This document shows, piece by piece, positions 37,957 to 48,105 of a DNA stretch of 64,000 nt; the stretch's first letter is position 1; each line of letters begins with the position of its first letter. Position numbers and translations under genes: made by a program. Where the stretch lies: NCBI GenBank assembly GCA_963719085.1, contig CAVRAL010000001.1:224001-288000 (forward strand). The letters are read 5' to 3'. Under the pieces are notes generated by a model. It was given only the letters and a program-made list of their open reading frames with translations, did no database searches and was not told the origin of the DNA. This DNA is from a candidate division FCPU426 bacterium. GTDB lineage: Bacteria > Oederibacteriota > Muellerivitia > Muellerivitales > Muellerivitaceae.

Positions 37957-38517
37957 TTACGCCGACCCATCCAAGGGATGGCGCTCCAGCTTCCCCTGAA
38001 AAGTTTCCTTGCCCACTCCCACGTAAAGCTCGCCCTCGTTGCGGGTCATTTCCCAATGGTTATCCCGGTCCAGCGTGGCCCCCAGGGCGTTTAAAAACCG
38101 TTGATCCATCGAGTACAACCCGATCGATTCCACCTTGTGGACTTTTTCCGAGAGGAGTTCCCTGGCCAGCATTTGAGGGTCTTTGTGGGTATAGATGCGC
38201 ACTTCCTTGACGGACTTGGACGCCTTGTGGATCCTTTTGGCGGTGGGATTGCCGATGTCGATCCAAATATCCAGCCCTCCGGTCAGGTTGGCGACCCGAA
38301 TGGCGGGGTCGTCGGGCGCGCTGATGCCGCCGGAAAATTCCAGGCCTTCCTGATAATTCAAGGCGTAAGCCAAAACTCGGATGATGAAAAAAGGAATCGA
38401 TTCGGAAGGATGCATGGCGGCCCGGAATTCCAAAGTCTGATAAAGGCTGCGGTCCACGTCGGATAAATCCAGGGTGAAGCGGTAAAGGGTTGAAGTGAGG
38501 GTCAAGTTTTTCTCCAC
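37957..38517 (-). CDS. yaeQ: YaeQ family protein
   Basis: LSDVDR, AMHPSES, RVLAYAL, WIDIG.P. Confidence 0.9.
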   Translation of the reverse strand: MEKNLTLTSTLYRFTLDLSDVDRSLYQTLEFRAAMHPSESIPFFIIRVLAYALNYQEGLEFSGGISAPDDPAIRVANLTGGLDIWIDIGNPTAKRIHKASKSVKEVRIYTHKDPQMLARELLSEKVHKVESIGLYSMDQRFLNALGATLDRDNHWEMTRNEGELYVGVGKETFQGKLERHPLDGSA

Positions 38518-38604
38518 GGAAGATTAGGTTTATTTTACAAGGAAAGCGGTCTTAATTTCGGCTTGTTGGATTATTTTTATCCCCTACTACCTTATACTAT
38601 TTGA

Positions 38605-38944
38605 ATGAGAATCCTTTTATCCCATTCCAATGAGTTTCAAAAACAACCGGTTCCGGCGAAACCTAAAACCCTCGTCATTACCAAAGAACGGGAAGCCGCT
38701 TCGGTGGAACTGGGAAATCCCTGGCAAGTGGTTCTTTTTAACGATGAGGTCCATAGTTTTGACGAGGTCATCCTTCAAATCCAAAAGGCCACGGGCTATG
38801 CCTTGGAAAAAGCCGCCGACATCACTTTTCGGGTGCACCACAACGGCAAGGCCATCGCTTATATCGGCGAGAAGGACCCTTGCGAAAAAGTAGCGGCCAT
38901 CTTGGGGCAGATTCAGACTCACCACTTCGGTCGAAAAAACATAA
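38605..38944 (+). CDS. clpS: ClpS-like adaptor with apparent +1 frameshift near 38915
   Basis: WQVVLFNDEVHSFDEV, VH.NGKA; removing A38915 gives a ClpS-like end IRLTTSVEKT* at 38944 (uncorrected ORF runs to 38982). Confidence 0.8.
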
Positions 38945-39000
38945 GAAAGTTCCGGGCGCCGGCCTCGTCAAATCCCGGATGAGCCCCTTATAATAAACCC

Positions 39001-42000
39001 ATGAACCGGCCCGAATTCGTCCATCTCCACCTCCATTCCCAATACAGCCTTTTAGAAAGCACCGTCCGGTTGGATCCCCTGATGAGCCGGTTGAAAGAAC
39101 TTCAAATGCCGGCGGCGGCCTTGACCGATAAGGCCAATCTTTTCGGGGCTATCCATTTTTATCAAAGCGCCCTGGCCCACGGCATCAAGCCCATTTTGGG
39201 ATGCGAGCTTTTGGTGGCGCCCCGGTCCCGCTTTGACAAGACCCATTCCCATGGCCGGCCCGAGGCGGCCTATCACCTGGTTTTGCTCGCCGAAAATCAG
39301 GAAGGCTATCAGAACCTGATGAAGCTGTCCTCGGCGGGCTATCTGCAGGGCTATTTCCTGGGGCCGCGGATTGATAAAGAGCTTTTAGCCCGGCACAGCA
39401 AAGGGTTGATCGCTTTGTCCGGTTGTTTGGACGGCGAGATCGGCGATTTTTTGCTGAAGGATGAGATGCCGCCCGCCTTGAAGGCCGTGGGGGAGTATCA
39501 GGATATTTTCGGCAAGGACCGTTTTTTTCTCGAGGTCCAGGATCACGGTCTGGATAAAGAAAAAAAGATCAAAAAAGCCCTGGTGGAACTATCCCAAAAG
39601 TCCGGGGCGCCCCTCGTGGCCACCAATGACGCGCATTATCTGCGCCGGGAAGACGCCGAGTACCATGAGGTTTTGCTTTGCCTGGGCAAGGGCGAGACCC
39701 TTTCCAGCCCGACCCATCCTTCCTATCAATCGGACCAGTTTTATCTTAAAAGCGCCGAGGAAATGGCCGCCCTTTTCGCTGAAATGCCCGACACGCTTCG
39801 GCGCACTTTGGAAATTTCCGAGCGCTGCCACATTACGTTTGAGTTTGAAAAACTTCATATGCCCCAATTCCCGGTGCCCAAGGGCGCCGGCAACGAGGAC
39901 ACTTATTTGGGCGAGCTTTGCCGTTTGGGCCTGGACCGGCGTTTTGGCGAGAAGGCCTCGGCCCAACCCATCCAAGACCGTTTAAGCGAGGAACTGGGAG
40001 TCATTAAGCGCACGGGTTTCAGCGGTTACTTTTTGATCGTGGCGGATTTTATCCAAGCCGCCCGCGCGAAGGGAATTCCCGTGGGACCGGGCCGGGGATC
40101 GTCGGCCGGAAGTTTGGTGGCTTACCTTTTGGGCATCACGGATGTGGACCCGCTCAAGTACGACCTTCTTTTTGAGCGCTTCATCAATCCCGAAAGGGTC
40201 AGCGCCCCGGATATTGATGTGGATGTTTGCGACCGGCGGCGGGGGGAAGTGCTTCAATACATCACCCAAACTTACGGCGCCGACAAGGTGGCCTCCATCA
40301 TCACCTTCGGCACCTTGTCGGCCCGCGCGGTCATCCGGGACGTGGGACGGGTTTTGGAAATCCCCCTGCCCGAAATCGACCGGATCGCCAAGCTGATTCC
40401 CTATGAGCTCAAAATTACCTTGGAGGATTGCGCGGCCAAGGTGCCCGAGCTTCGGGCCATCGCCAATGAACAGGGGCCTTACCGGAAATTGTGGGATGTT
40501 TCCCGGGCGTTGGAAGGCCTCTTCCGGCACGCCTCGACCCACGCGGCCGGCATCATCATCGGCAATGAGCCGCTCATTGAGACCGTTCCCCTATGCCAGG
40601 GCGGGGAATCCGAAGTCTTGACCCAGTACGACATGAACACCTTGAAGGATGTGGGCATCCTGAAACTCGATGTTTTGGGGCTTCGAACCCTAACCGTCAT
40701 CGATGACGCCTTGGAACTGATCCATCAAACCCGCGGCCAAAAAATCGACTTATCCAAAATTCCGGAAGATGATCCGGCCGCTTTTGAGCTTTTAAAAAAG
40801 GCACAGACGGGCGGCATCTTCCAACTGGAATCCAGGGGAATGCGGGATTACATGCGCAAGTTGGTCCCTGAAAGTATGGAGGATATCACGGCCTTGATCG
40901 CCCTTTACCGGCCGGGCCCCTTGGGTTCGGACATGGTGGACGATTTTATCCACCGCAAAAGGGGCCAAGTGAAGTTCAAATACCTTCATCCCAAGCTGGA
41001 GCCCATTCTCAAGACCACTTACGGGGTCATCCTTTACCAGGAACAGGTGATGCGCATCGCCAAGGATTTGGCGGGTTTCAGCCTGGGCCAGGCGGATATT
41101 TTGCGAAAGTCCATGGGAAGTAAAAATCCGGAACAAATGGAAAAAATGCGCAGCCGTTTTCTGGAAGGCGCCAAACTTGAGAAAATTCCCGAGGAAACCG
41201 CCGAGTCCATTTTTAACCTGATGGCCAAGTTCGCCGGCTACGGTTTCAATAAATCCCATAGCGCGGCTTACGCCCGGGTGTCCTACCAAACCGCTTACTT
41301 GAAGGCCAATTATTCACCCGAATTTATGGCGGCCCTTTTGACCAGTGAGTCGGGCAATCAGGACAAGATTTTTCAATATGTCTTCGAGTGCCGCCGCATG
41401 GGTTTAAAGGTTTTACCGCCGGACGTGAACGAGAGCGGGGAAACCTTCACAGTGGACAAGGAAGGCCGGATTCGGTTTTCCCTTTTCGCCATCAAGACCG
41501 TGGGCGGGCCCGCGGTCGAGGCGATCCTCGAGGCGCGCAAAGCCGGGCCCTTCACCTCGCTTTTTGATTTCTGCCGCCGGGTGGATTTAAAGGCCTTGAC
41601 CCCCAAGCTGGTGGAAAGCCTGATTTTGGCCGGGGCCTTTGATTCCACAGGCGCGGCCCGGGCGCCGATGAAAGAAGCCGCCGAAAAGGCTTTCCGGCAA
41701 GGCCAGTCGGTGCGGGAAGATTCCCAAAGGGGCCAGACATCGCTTTTTGGCATGATCGAGACCGCGTCCCCCGACAGTCTCCCCAATATCCCTGAATTTT
41801 CGGCCGCCCAGAAACTGATCGCCGAAAAGGAAGCCTTGGGGTTCTATTTGTCCGGGCATCCCTTGTCCGAGCATGAATGGGCCTTGGAACACTATGTGCT
41901 TCCCTTAAGCGAGGTAGGCGATCTGCCCGATGGGGTGGAAATTCGGGTGGGCGGCATGATTTTAGGCTTGTCCCAAAGCGTGGTGAAGAAGACCAAGGAA

Positions 42001-42438
42001 GTTTATGGACGCTTTATTTTGGAAGACCTTCATTCCCATATCGACGTGATCGCTTGGCCGGAAGTGTTTAAAAAATACCAACCCTTTCTGACGAAGGAAA
42101 GGCTGGTCGCGGTCCGGGGCCGGTTGGATAAATCGGGCGACCGGGTTCAATTGATCGCCAATGAGATTTTGGACGTGAAGGATATGGCCGGAAAATGGGC
42201 CAAGGGAATCAACGTGGATTTAAATATGGTCGGCATGGACGCGGACCTTTTAGTCCGTCTCAAGGAAATTTGCGAGAAGTTTCCGGGAACCATTCCGGTC
42301 ACTTTTAGGCTTCAAACGACCCACCGGGGCTTGATGGTCATGGAGGCGGGCGAAGAGCTAAAGGTGAGTCCCAGCCAGGCTTTCATCAAGGCCATGAATG
42401 ACGCCGTGGGCGAGGATTCGGTCCAGATCGAGGTTTAA
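39001..42438 (+). CDS. dnaE: DNA polymerase III alpha subunit
   Basis: FVHLHLHSQYS, GPGRGS, PDIDVD, GYGFNKSH, OB fold. Confidence 0.99.
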   Translation: MNRPEFVHLHLHSQYSLLESTVRLDPLMSRLKELQMPAAALTDKANLFGAIHFYQSALAHGIKPILGCELLVAPRSRFDKTHSHGRPEAAYHLVLLAENQEGYQNLMKLSSAGYLQGYFLGPRIDKELLARHSKGLIALSGCLDGEIGDFLLKDEMPPALKAVGEYQDIFGKDRFFLEVQDHGLDKEKKIKKALVELSQKSGAPLVATNDAHYLRREDAEYHEVLLCLGKGETLSSPTHPSYQSDQFYLKSAEEMAALFAEMPDTLRRTLEISERCHITFEFEKLHMPQFPVPKGAGNEDTYLGELCRLGLDRRFGEKASAQPIQDRLSEELGVIKRTGFSGYFLIVADFIQAARAKGIPVGPGRGSSAGSLVAYLLGITDVDPLKYDLLFERFINPERVSAPDIDVDVCDRRRGEVLQYITQTYGADKVASIITFGTLSARAVIRDVGRVLEIPLPEIDRIAKLIPYELKITLEDCAAKVPELRAIANEQGPYRKLWDVSRALEGLFRHASTHAAGIIIGNEPLIETVPLCQGGESEVLTQYDMNTLKDVGILKLDVLGLRTLTVIDDALELIHQTRGQKIDLSKIPEDDPAAFELLKKAQTGGIFQLESRGMRDYMRKLVPESMEDITALIALYRPGPLGSDMVDDFIHRKRGQVKFKYLHPKLEPILKTTYGVILYQEQVMRIAKDLAGFSLGQADILRKSMGSKNPEQMEKMRSRFLEGAKLEKIPEETAESIFNLMAKFAGYGFNKSHSAAYARVSYQTAYLKANYSPEFMAALLTSESGNQDKIFQYVFECRRMGLKVLPPDVNESGETFTVDKEGRIRFSLFAIKTVGGPAVEAILEARKAGPFTSLFDFCRRVDLKALTPKLVESLILAGAFDSTGAARAPMKEAAEKAFRQGQSVREDSQRGQTSLFGMIETASPDSLPNIPEFSAAQKLIAEKEALGFYLSGHPLSEHEWALEHYVLPLSEVGDLPDGVEIRVGGMILGLSQSVVKKTKEVYGRFILEDLHSHIDVIAWPEVFKKYQPFLTKERLVAVRGRLDKSGDRVQLIANEILDVKDMAGKWAKGINVDLNMVGMDADLLVRLKEICEKFPGTIPVTFRLQTTHRGLMVMEAGEELKVSPSQAFIKAMNDAVGEDSVQIEV

Positions 42439-42728
42439 TAATTCGATTTTTGCATTGATAAACGCGGATGAACGCCGATTGAAGATTTACGGAACTATGC
42501 CTTTGACAAAGCAGGCAAGGCCCGTCTTTTGAAACAATGATAAATGCCGATGACGAGTGATGTTTGAAACGTAAAAATCAGGCCTTTCGCCGCTTTTCAT
42601 TTAATAAAGTTATGGAAAGCGGCATTATCCCGCACTCGTCAGAATGATATTTAATAAGGAACTGTGGGGAATCAGCCTCGCTCAATGTTTCAACAGGTCT
42701 TGTTTTGCGTAGTGAATGTTCCTGAAGT

Positions 42729-45092
42729 TTATTTTTGGTTTTCGGATTCCCCAAGGAATTTGTCGATCTGGGGATTGTTCGGGTCTAAGCTTTTCGCCTT
42801 TGTAAGGTCCGCCTGGGCCAACTTCCGTTTCTTTTCATCCAAATAAATAAGTCCCCGATAAAAATAAGCCGTTCCATAATTCGGGCTGTGGGCAAGGGCC
42901 AAAGTCAGTTCCGCCAAGGCTGGATCTTTTTGGCCGTTTTGGTATTTTTCCAAGGCCAATTGGGTCAGGGTCTTCGCCGTAAAGTCCGAATCCAAGGCGA
43001 AGGCTTGGTTCAATTGATTTTGGGCTTCGGGGCCCTGGCCATCGGCCTCGAGCGCTTGGGACCAGTTCACCCGAAAATAGGGGCTGGCCGGCGCTAATAG
43101 AACCGCTTGCTGATAGTCTTTTGCGGCCGCGTCTAAATAACTCTTATCGTAAAGGGCCAATTGGGCTTCGACCCGGCCTAAATCATTGTAGTAGTAGGCG
43201 TTGAATGGGCTTTGATGGATCGCCAACAGGTAATAGCCCCGGGCGCTCACAAGGCATATCTTTTCATGGGCCGAATCCAAATGGGCCCGTTCCTCATAGG
43301 CCAATCCCGTGTAAAGGGCATATTTTACTTCCAACGGACAAAGCGCGCGGGCTTTGTCAATTTCTTGGATCCCATAATTGGAATAAGTGGTCAGCCGATC
43401 GGGGTCCATGTTGGGATCATGACGCTTCAAAAGCTCATTGACCGCGTTGCCATGCCCAAAAGCCACGTCGGCCGCCAAGCGGGTAATGGAAAAGGTGAAA
43501 AGCCCGAGGCTGAGGATGATCGCCAAGCCGCGGTTCAAAAAAGAAGCGAGTGGCTTGGGCTGGACCGGGGTCTCCGGAATGGCAGTGGGGCCGCTTGAAA
43601 GCTTTTGGACGGCGGCCAGGCAAAAAAACCAGAGAAAATTAATCGAGGCGACGCCGAAGCTGAACAAGTTTTGGACTTGGTAGGCAACCGCGCAGCCCAA
43701 AAGGGCCAAAAGAATACCCCGAACTTGAAGAGAACCCCGCTTATAAGCCTTGGACCAAGCGCGGACAAAAAAAACAAGTATCGAAAGATAAGCGGCCAGG
43801 CCGAGAAATCCCGAGGTGGAGGTGATTTGAAGCAGCTCGTCATGGGCCGCGCGGGAACTCATGAACATTCCGTCGATCTCATTGAACTCGATGCCGCTGT
43901 AATAGGGAAAGGCGATTTTAAAGGTATCCAGGCCGACGCCGTGGAGGGGGTTGGTGGCGATCATCCGCAGGGCTGGCCGCCAAATATGGAGCCGTGAAAC
44001 AGCCAAACTGTCGCCGGCATGAAGGACGGAAGTGAAAAGCCGTCCAAAAAAAGAATAGCCGAAGAATAAAAACAAAAGAAGCGCGGCGCCCGCGAATACC
44101 CAAAGCCAAAGACGGGACATTTTGGAGAAAAGGCTTTTTAAAATCCCGCTCCAGTTGAAATGTCCCGCGGAGAGCGCGGAAAAAATAAAGATCCCGGCCA
44201 GCGCGGCCAAAAAGCCGCCGCGGCTGGCGGTGGTCAATAGACCGATGATCAAAATGGAAAGACCCGCCAGGGACCAGGCGGCTTGGCGCGCCGCCAGAAG
44301 TCCTAAAAAACCCAGCGATAGCAATAAAAGGCCGGGCGCCATGAGGATGAGCAGAAGCGGATCGGTGGAACTCATTTGGAGCAGGGATTGTCCCGGGCTT
44401 CCGGCCAGCAATAAAAATAAAGTTCCAAGCGACGCCCAAAAAAGCGGGAGCCAGACGGCCGAACGCGTTTGGTTCGCGGTTTCAAGATCGGTATTTCGAA
44501 CCAAGAACCAAAGCGCGAAGGGAATGACCATCGCCAAATAAGCGGCGAGGAAATTTGGATTGCCCAGCGTCGCGAATTCCCGGCTGGCGATGACGGTTTC
44601 GGGGTTCCAGGGAATGAAATCGAACCCAAAATGCTGGGCCACGGCGTAGAGGGAAGATAAAAGACCGGTCAGAAGCGCGAACAAGAGGGTTTTTTCAATC
44701 CGCGCGACGGTTAAAAATCGCGTGAGGACTAAAAACCAGAGCAGATAGAGTCCCAAGGTGGCCAAACCGGCGAAGTTTTCATAATCACCCAGTAAGCTGG
44801 TGGTCCAACTGAGGCTGAAAGGCGGCAGGGAGGCGAAAAGCTGGGTCCCGAAGAATAAAATCAGGCTGATGGAAAGGCCGTCTTTGGGCAGGCGGACTGA
44901 AAATTTGAAAAGTTGAAGGAGCAAAAGGGCGCCCAGGATGAAAGTTAGAAACAACAGCTTGGGAAGCTCGAATTGATCGTGGGTTTGCGTATAGAAAAGC
45001 AGGGGAGTGAAGAAAGCGGCGAAAAACAGGGTGTTTTCGGCCAATAAGTTCGTTATTTCTTTTCGGAACAAACGAAGCCCTTTCGAAATCAA
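42729..45092 (-). CDS. O-antigen ligase/O-oligosaccharyltransferase-like protein with TPRs
   Basis: FELPK, ATLGNPNFLA, SRGG, R..IW...P..GVG.DTF, AHDELLQ; C-terminal TPRs. Confidence 0.85.
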   Translation of the reverse strand: MISKGLRLFRKEITNLLAENTLFFAAFFTPLLFYTQTHDQFELPKLLFLTFILGALLLLQLFKFSVRLPKDGLSISLILFFGTQLFASLPPFSLSWTTSLLGDYENFAGLATLGLYLLWFLVLTRFLTVARIEKTLLFALLTGLLSSLYAVAQHFGFDFIPWNPETVIASREFATLGNPNFLAAYLAMVIPFALWFLVRNTDLETANQTRSAVWLPLFWASLGTLFLLLAGSPGQSLLQMSSTDPLLLILMAPGLLLLSLGFLGLLAARQAAWSLAGLSILIIGLLTTASRGGFLAALAGIFIFSALSAGHFNWSGILKSLFSKMSRLWLWVFAGAALLLFLFFGYSFFGRLFTSVLHAGDSLAVSRLHIWRPALRMIATNPLHGVGLDTFKIAFPYYSGIEFNEIDGMFMSSRAAHDELLQITSTSGFLGLAAYLSILVFFVRAWSKAYKRGSLQVRGILLALLGCAVAYQVQNLFSFGVASINFLWFFCLAAVQKLSSGPTAIPETPVQPKPLASFLNRGLAIILSLGLFTFSITRLAADVAFGHGNAVNELLKRHDPNMDPDRLTTYSNYGIQEIDKARALCPLEVKYALYTGLAYEERAHLDSAHEKICLVSARGYYLLAIHQSPFNAYYYNDLGRVEAQLALYDKSYLDAAAKDYQQAVLLAPASPYFRVNWSQALEADGQGPEAQNQLNQAFALDSDFTAKTLTQLALEKYQNGQKDPALAELTLALAHSPNYGTAYFYRGLIYLDEKKRKLAQADLTKAKSLDPNNPQIDKFLGESENQK

Positions 45093-45276
45093 AAGCCCTG
45101 ATTTAAGAAAAATAGCTTTTACGCGCCGGAGCTCATTCTACCCCGCGTGGAAGAGGCGGAGCGGAAATATTTATTTGAAATAATAAAACCGAATTTAATT
45201 TTTGAAACACGAAAAGAAATTTATCGTCGATCGAGAAAATTTTTAGGTAAAAATTCCTGAAAAACCCAAAAATGCA

Positions 45277-45304
45277 TTGACACGATATTTTAACGTTCTA
45301 TACT
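45277..45304 (+). promoter_or_regulatory. Sigma70-type promoter of the polyamine operon
   Basis: TTGACA-N16-TATACT in an AT-rich divergent region. Confidence 0.65.
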
Positions 45305-45328
45305 TTAAAAAACGGTAAACAATTTCGG

Positions 45329-45508
45329 GTGACAAGAAACAAGATTAAAGATTGTTTCACTCCGAAAAGCTTCAAAGACGCGGTTTTTAATTCAGCGGCC
45401 ACCACGATTTCCTTCGCCTTTTGCGCCGGCTTCGTCTCATGGCTCGAGACGGTGATGAACAACCACCCATTCTTTGGCCTCAACGAACTTTACGGAGAGT
45501 GCTTGTGA
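45329..45508 (+). other. Candidate leader ORF (59 codons) coupled to speE
   Basis: GTG...MNNHPFFGLNELYGECL*; TGA overlaps speE GTG (GTGA). Confidence 0.35.
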
Positions 45509-46449
45509 GCGATATTATCAGCCCCCATTGGCATATTGAGTTTTACGCGCATGATGAAGCCCATATGCGCGGCATCAGCAAGATTTACACCTCCGAACAG
45601 ACCAAATACCAAAAAGTCGAAGTCATTCAATCCACCCATTACGGCAAATGCCTGATTTTGGACGGCCATATTCAATCCGCCCAGGGCGACGAGTTTATCT
45701 ATCATGAAAACCTGGTCCATCCGGCCATGGTGAGCTGCCCCAATCCTAAAAAAGTAGTCATTATCGGCGGGGGAGAAGGCGCAACCTTATACGAGGTCTT
45801 GCGGCATAAGACGGTTGAGAAGGCCTGGATGATCGATATTGATGAGCGGGTGGTGGAGTTGTGCGAAAAATACATGCCCGAATGGCACCGGGGCGCCTTT
45901 AAGGACAAACGGACCAAGCTTTTGTTCCAAGATGGCCGAAAGTTTTTGGAAAAAAGTAAGGAAAAGTTTGATGTGATCATCATCGATATCCCCGAACCGG
46001 TCGAGGAAGGGCCCGCTTATCTTTTGTACACCCAGGAATTTTACGAAATGGTGGCCGGCAAGCTGACGGAAAACGGCATGGTGGCCCTGCAGTCGGGCTG
46101 TTCCGCGGAAAAAGAGCTGCGCTGCCTTGCGGCGATCCATAAAACCTTGAAACAAGTTTTTCCGATGGTTTATTCCTGGCCGGCCAACGTCCCTTCGTTT
46201 GACATCCCCTGGAGCTTTACCATGGCTTCCAACAAGGTGGATTCCAAGCTGTTGAAAAGGGCCGAAGTCGACCGGATCCTCAAAGAACGGAAAGTCGGGC
46301 CCTTGCGTTATTACGACGGCGAAACCCATGAGGGCTATTTTTTCCTGCCTAAATACATGCGGGACTCTTTCGCCAAGTGCAAAACCATCATCCGCGACAA
46401 CAATCCGCTCACCTACCAATTCATGGGAGAGGAGAAAAACTCAATTTAA
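45505..46449 (+). CDS. speE: Polyamine aminopropyltransferase (spermidine synthase)
   Basis: TKYQ, LILDG.IQS..DEF.YHE.LVHP, IIGGGEG, DVIIID; GGAGAG SD before GTG 45505. Confidence 0.95.
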   Translation: MSDIISPHWHIEFYAHDEAHMRGISKIYTSEQTKYQKVEVIQSTHYGKCLILDGHIQSAQGDEFIYHENLVHPAMVSCPNPKKVVIIGGGEGATLYEVLRHKTVEKAWMIDIDERVVELCEKYMPEWHRGAFKDKRTKLLFQDGRKFLEKSKEKFDVIIIDIPEPVEEGPAYLLYTQEFYEMVAGKLTENGMVALQSGCSAEKELRCLAAIHKTLKQVFPMVYSWPANVPSFDIPWSFTMASNKVDSKLLKRAEVDRILKERKVGPLRYYDGETHEGYFFLPKYMRDSFAKCKTIIRDNNPLTYQFMGEEKNSI

Positions 46450-47973
46450 ATGTCCCTTCAAGACGGCCAAGATAAAACCCCGCTTTATGACGCCATCGTC
46501 GACTACGCCAATGAAAACAAGATTTCCTTTCACACCCCCGGTCACAAGCATGGAAAAGGCATCTTAAAACCCTTCCGCCAGTTGGTGGGTGAGAAGGTTT
46601 TCCAGCTCGACCTTTCGGTGATGAGTGAGATCGACTCGCTCCATGAGCCTAGCACGGTCATCAAAGAGGCCCAGGTACTGGCCGCCAAGGCTTATGGCGC
46701 CGACTACTCGTTTTTTCTCGTTAACGGCACCACGGGCGGCAACCAGGCCATGATTTTGTCGGTTTGCGATCCGGGCGATAAGATCATCATCCCAAGAAAC
46801 GCGCATAAATCGGTTATTTCCGCCGTCATTTTGGCCGGGGCCGAGCCCGTCTATATCATGCCGAACATTGATCCGGCCACCGATCTCATCCTCAACCTGA
46901 CGCCCAAGCAAGTGGAAGACGCCTGCCGCCAAAATCCGGACGCCAAGGCGGTTTTGGTGACCAGCCCCACTTATTTCGGGCTCACGGCCGATTTGGAAGC
47001 CATCGCCGATGTGGTGCACAAATACGACAAAATTTTCCTGGTGGATGAGGCCCACGGGCCCCATTTACATTTTCACTCATCCCTTCCCAAGTCCGCCATG
47101 GATTCAGGCGCCGATATGTGCGTCCAGTCGACCCACAAACATCTGCCGGCCTTGAGCCAGGGCTCGATCCTGCACGCCAAGGGCCTCCGGGTGGACATCC
47201 TGAGGCTTAAAACCACCCTGCAGATGCTTCAGACGACCAGCCCTTCTTACGTGATTTTGGCGTCGCTGGATATGGCCCGCCACCAAATGGTCAAGTATGG
47301 GGAACAAGCCTTGGGCGAAGTGATCGCCATGTGCGATGAGGCGAGGCGCGAGATCAATTTGATCCCCGGTTTTTCCTGCGTGACCCGGGAACAGGTTCGA
47401 AAATTAGACGGGCTAGATTTGGACGCCACCAAGCTGACCATTTCCACCAAAAACGTGCCTTGTTCGGGTTATGACATGGCCAAGATTCTCAACTCCGAAT
47501 ATGACATCCAAACCGAAATGTCGGATTTCCAAAATATCCTGTTATTCGTCTCCATGGGGAATACGGCGAAAGAACTTAAACGATTCGTGAAGGCCCTGCG
47601 CAAAATCGTGGTGGATTACAAAGACATGTTCGTGAACACCAAAAAGCGCAAGCCCGTGGTGTTCCCGACCTTTATCCCTAAAAAAGAAGTCAATCCCCGG
47701 GAGGCCTTGACCGGGCTGACCCGTAAGATTCCCTTTAAGCGGTCGGTGGGCAAAGTCTGCGCCGAGATCGTGTGCCCCTATCCGCCGGGAATACCGGTGC
47801 TGTGCCCGGGGGAAGTCATCACCCACGAGATTTACACCTATCTGATGAACGTGCTTGAGTCGGGGGCCCGCATCAACGGCCAATCGGACGGACGCCTTCA
47901 AACCATCAAGGTTCTGGAAGACACCCCGTCGGAAACCGTCGCCAATCAAAAGAAACTTTTCGTCATTAACTGA
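46450..47973 (+). CDS. PLP-dependent Orn/Lys/Arg decarboxylase (fold type I, Bacillus SpeA-like)
   Basis: FHTPGHK, LVNGTT, RNAHKS, VDEAHG, QSTHK, PYPPGIP. Confidence 0.93.
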   Translation: MSLQDGQDKTPLYDAIVDYANENKISFHTPGHKHGKGILKPFRQLVGEKVFQLDLSVMSEIDSLHEPSTVIKEAQVLAAKAYGADYSFFLVNGTTGGNQAMILSVCDPGDKIIIPRNAHKSVISAVILAGAEPVYIMPNIDPATDLILNLTPKQVEDACRQNPDAKAVLVTSPTYFGLTADLEAIADVVHKYDKIFLVDEAHGPHLHFHSSLPKSAMDSGADMCVQSTHKHLPALSQGSILHAKGLRVDILRLKTTLQMLQTTSPSYVILASLDMARHQMVKYGEQALGEVIAMCDEARREINLIPGFSCVTREQVRKLDGLDLDATKLTISTKNVPCSGYDMAKILNSEYDIQTEMSDFQNILLFVSMGNTAKELKRFVKALRKIVVDYKDMFVNTKKRKPVVFPTFIPKKEVNPREALTGLTRKIPFKRSVGKVCAEIVCPYPPGIPVLCPGEVITHEIYTYLMNVLESGARINGQSDGRLQTIKVLEDTPSETVANQKKLFVIN

Positions 47974-47993
47974 CCCGACAAGTCCAAAATTAG

Positions 47994-48075
47994 CAATGAT
48001 ATAAACTGATAAAAGCTGATGGTTCGAAAGCTGGAAAGCTTTTCACTATCAGCTATTATCAGTCGTTTATCATTG
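47994..48075. repeat. Intergenic inverted-repeat element, CTGATA family
   Basis: CAATGATATAAACTGATAAAAGCTGATGG ... CTATCAGCTATTATCAGTCGTTTATCATTG. Confidence 0.8.
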
Positions 48076-48105
48076 TAAAGTTTTGAGGATTTTTGGGGGA
48101 GTCGA

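Noticed and set aside
42580..42645. Hammerhead-like CTGACGA...GAAA and TPP-like GGATAATGCC on the minus strand
   Set aside because: Stem II does not form directly after CTGACGA, stems I and III are not evident, and the TPP core (CTGAGA, GCGTAGGGA) is missing
45421..45504. N-terminal extension of speE in the ORF track
   Set aside because: GGAGAG SD and family length favour the GTG at 45505
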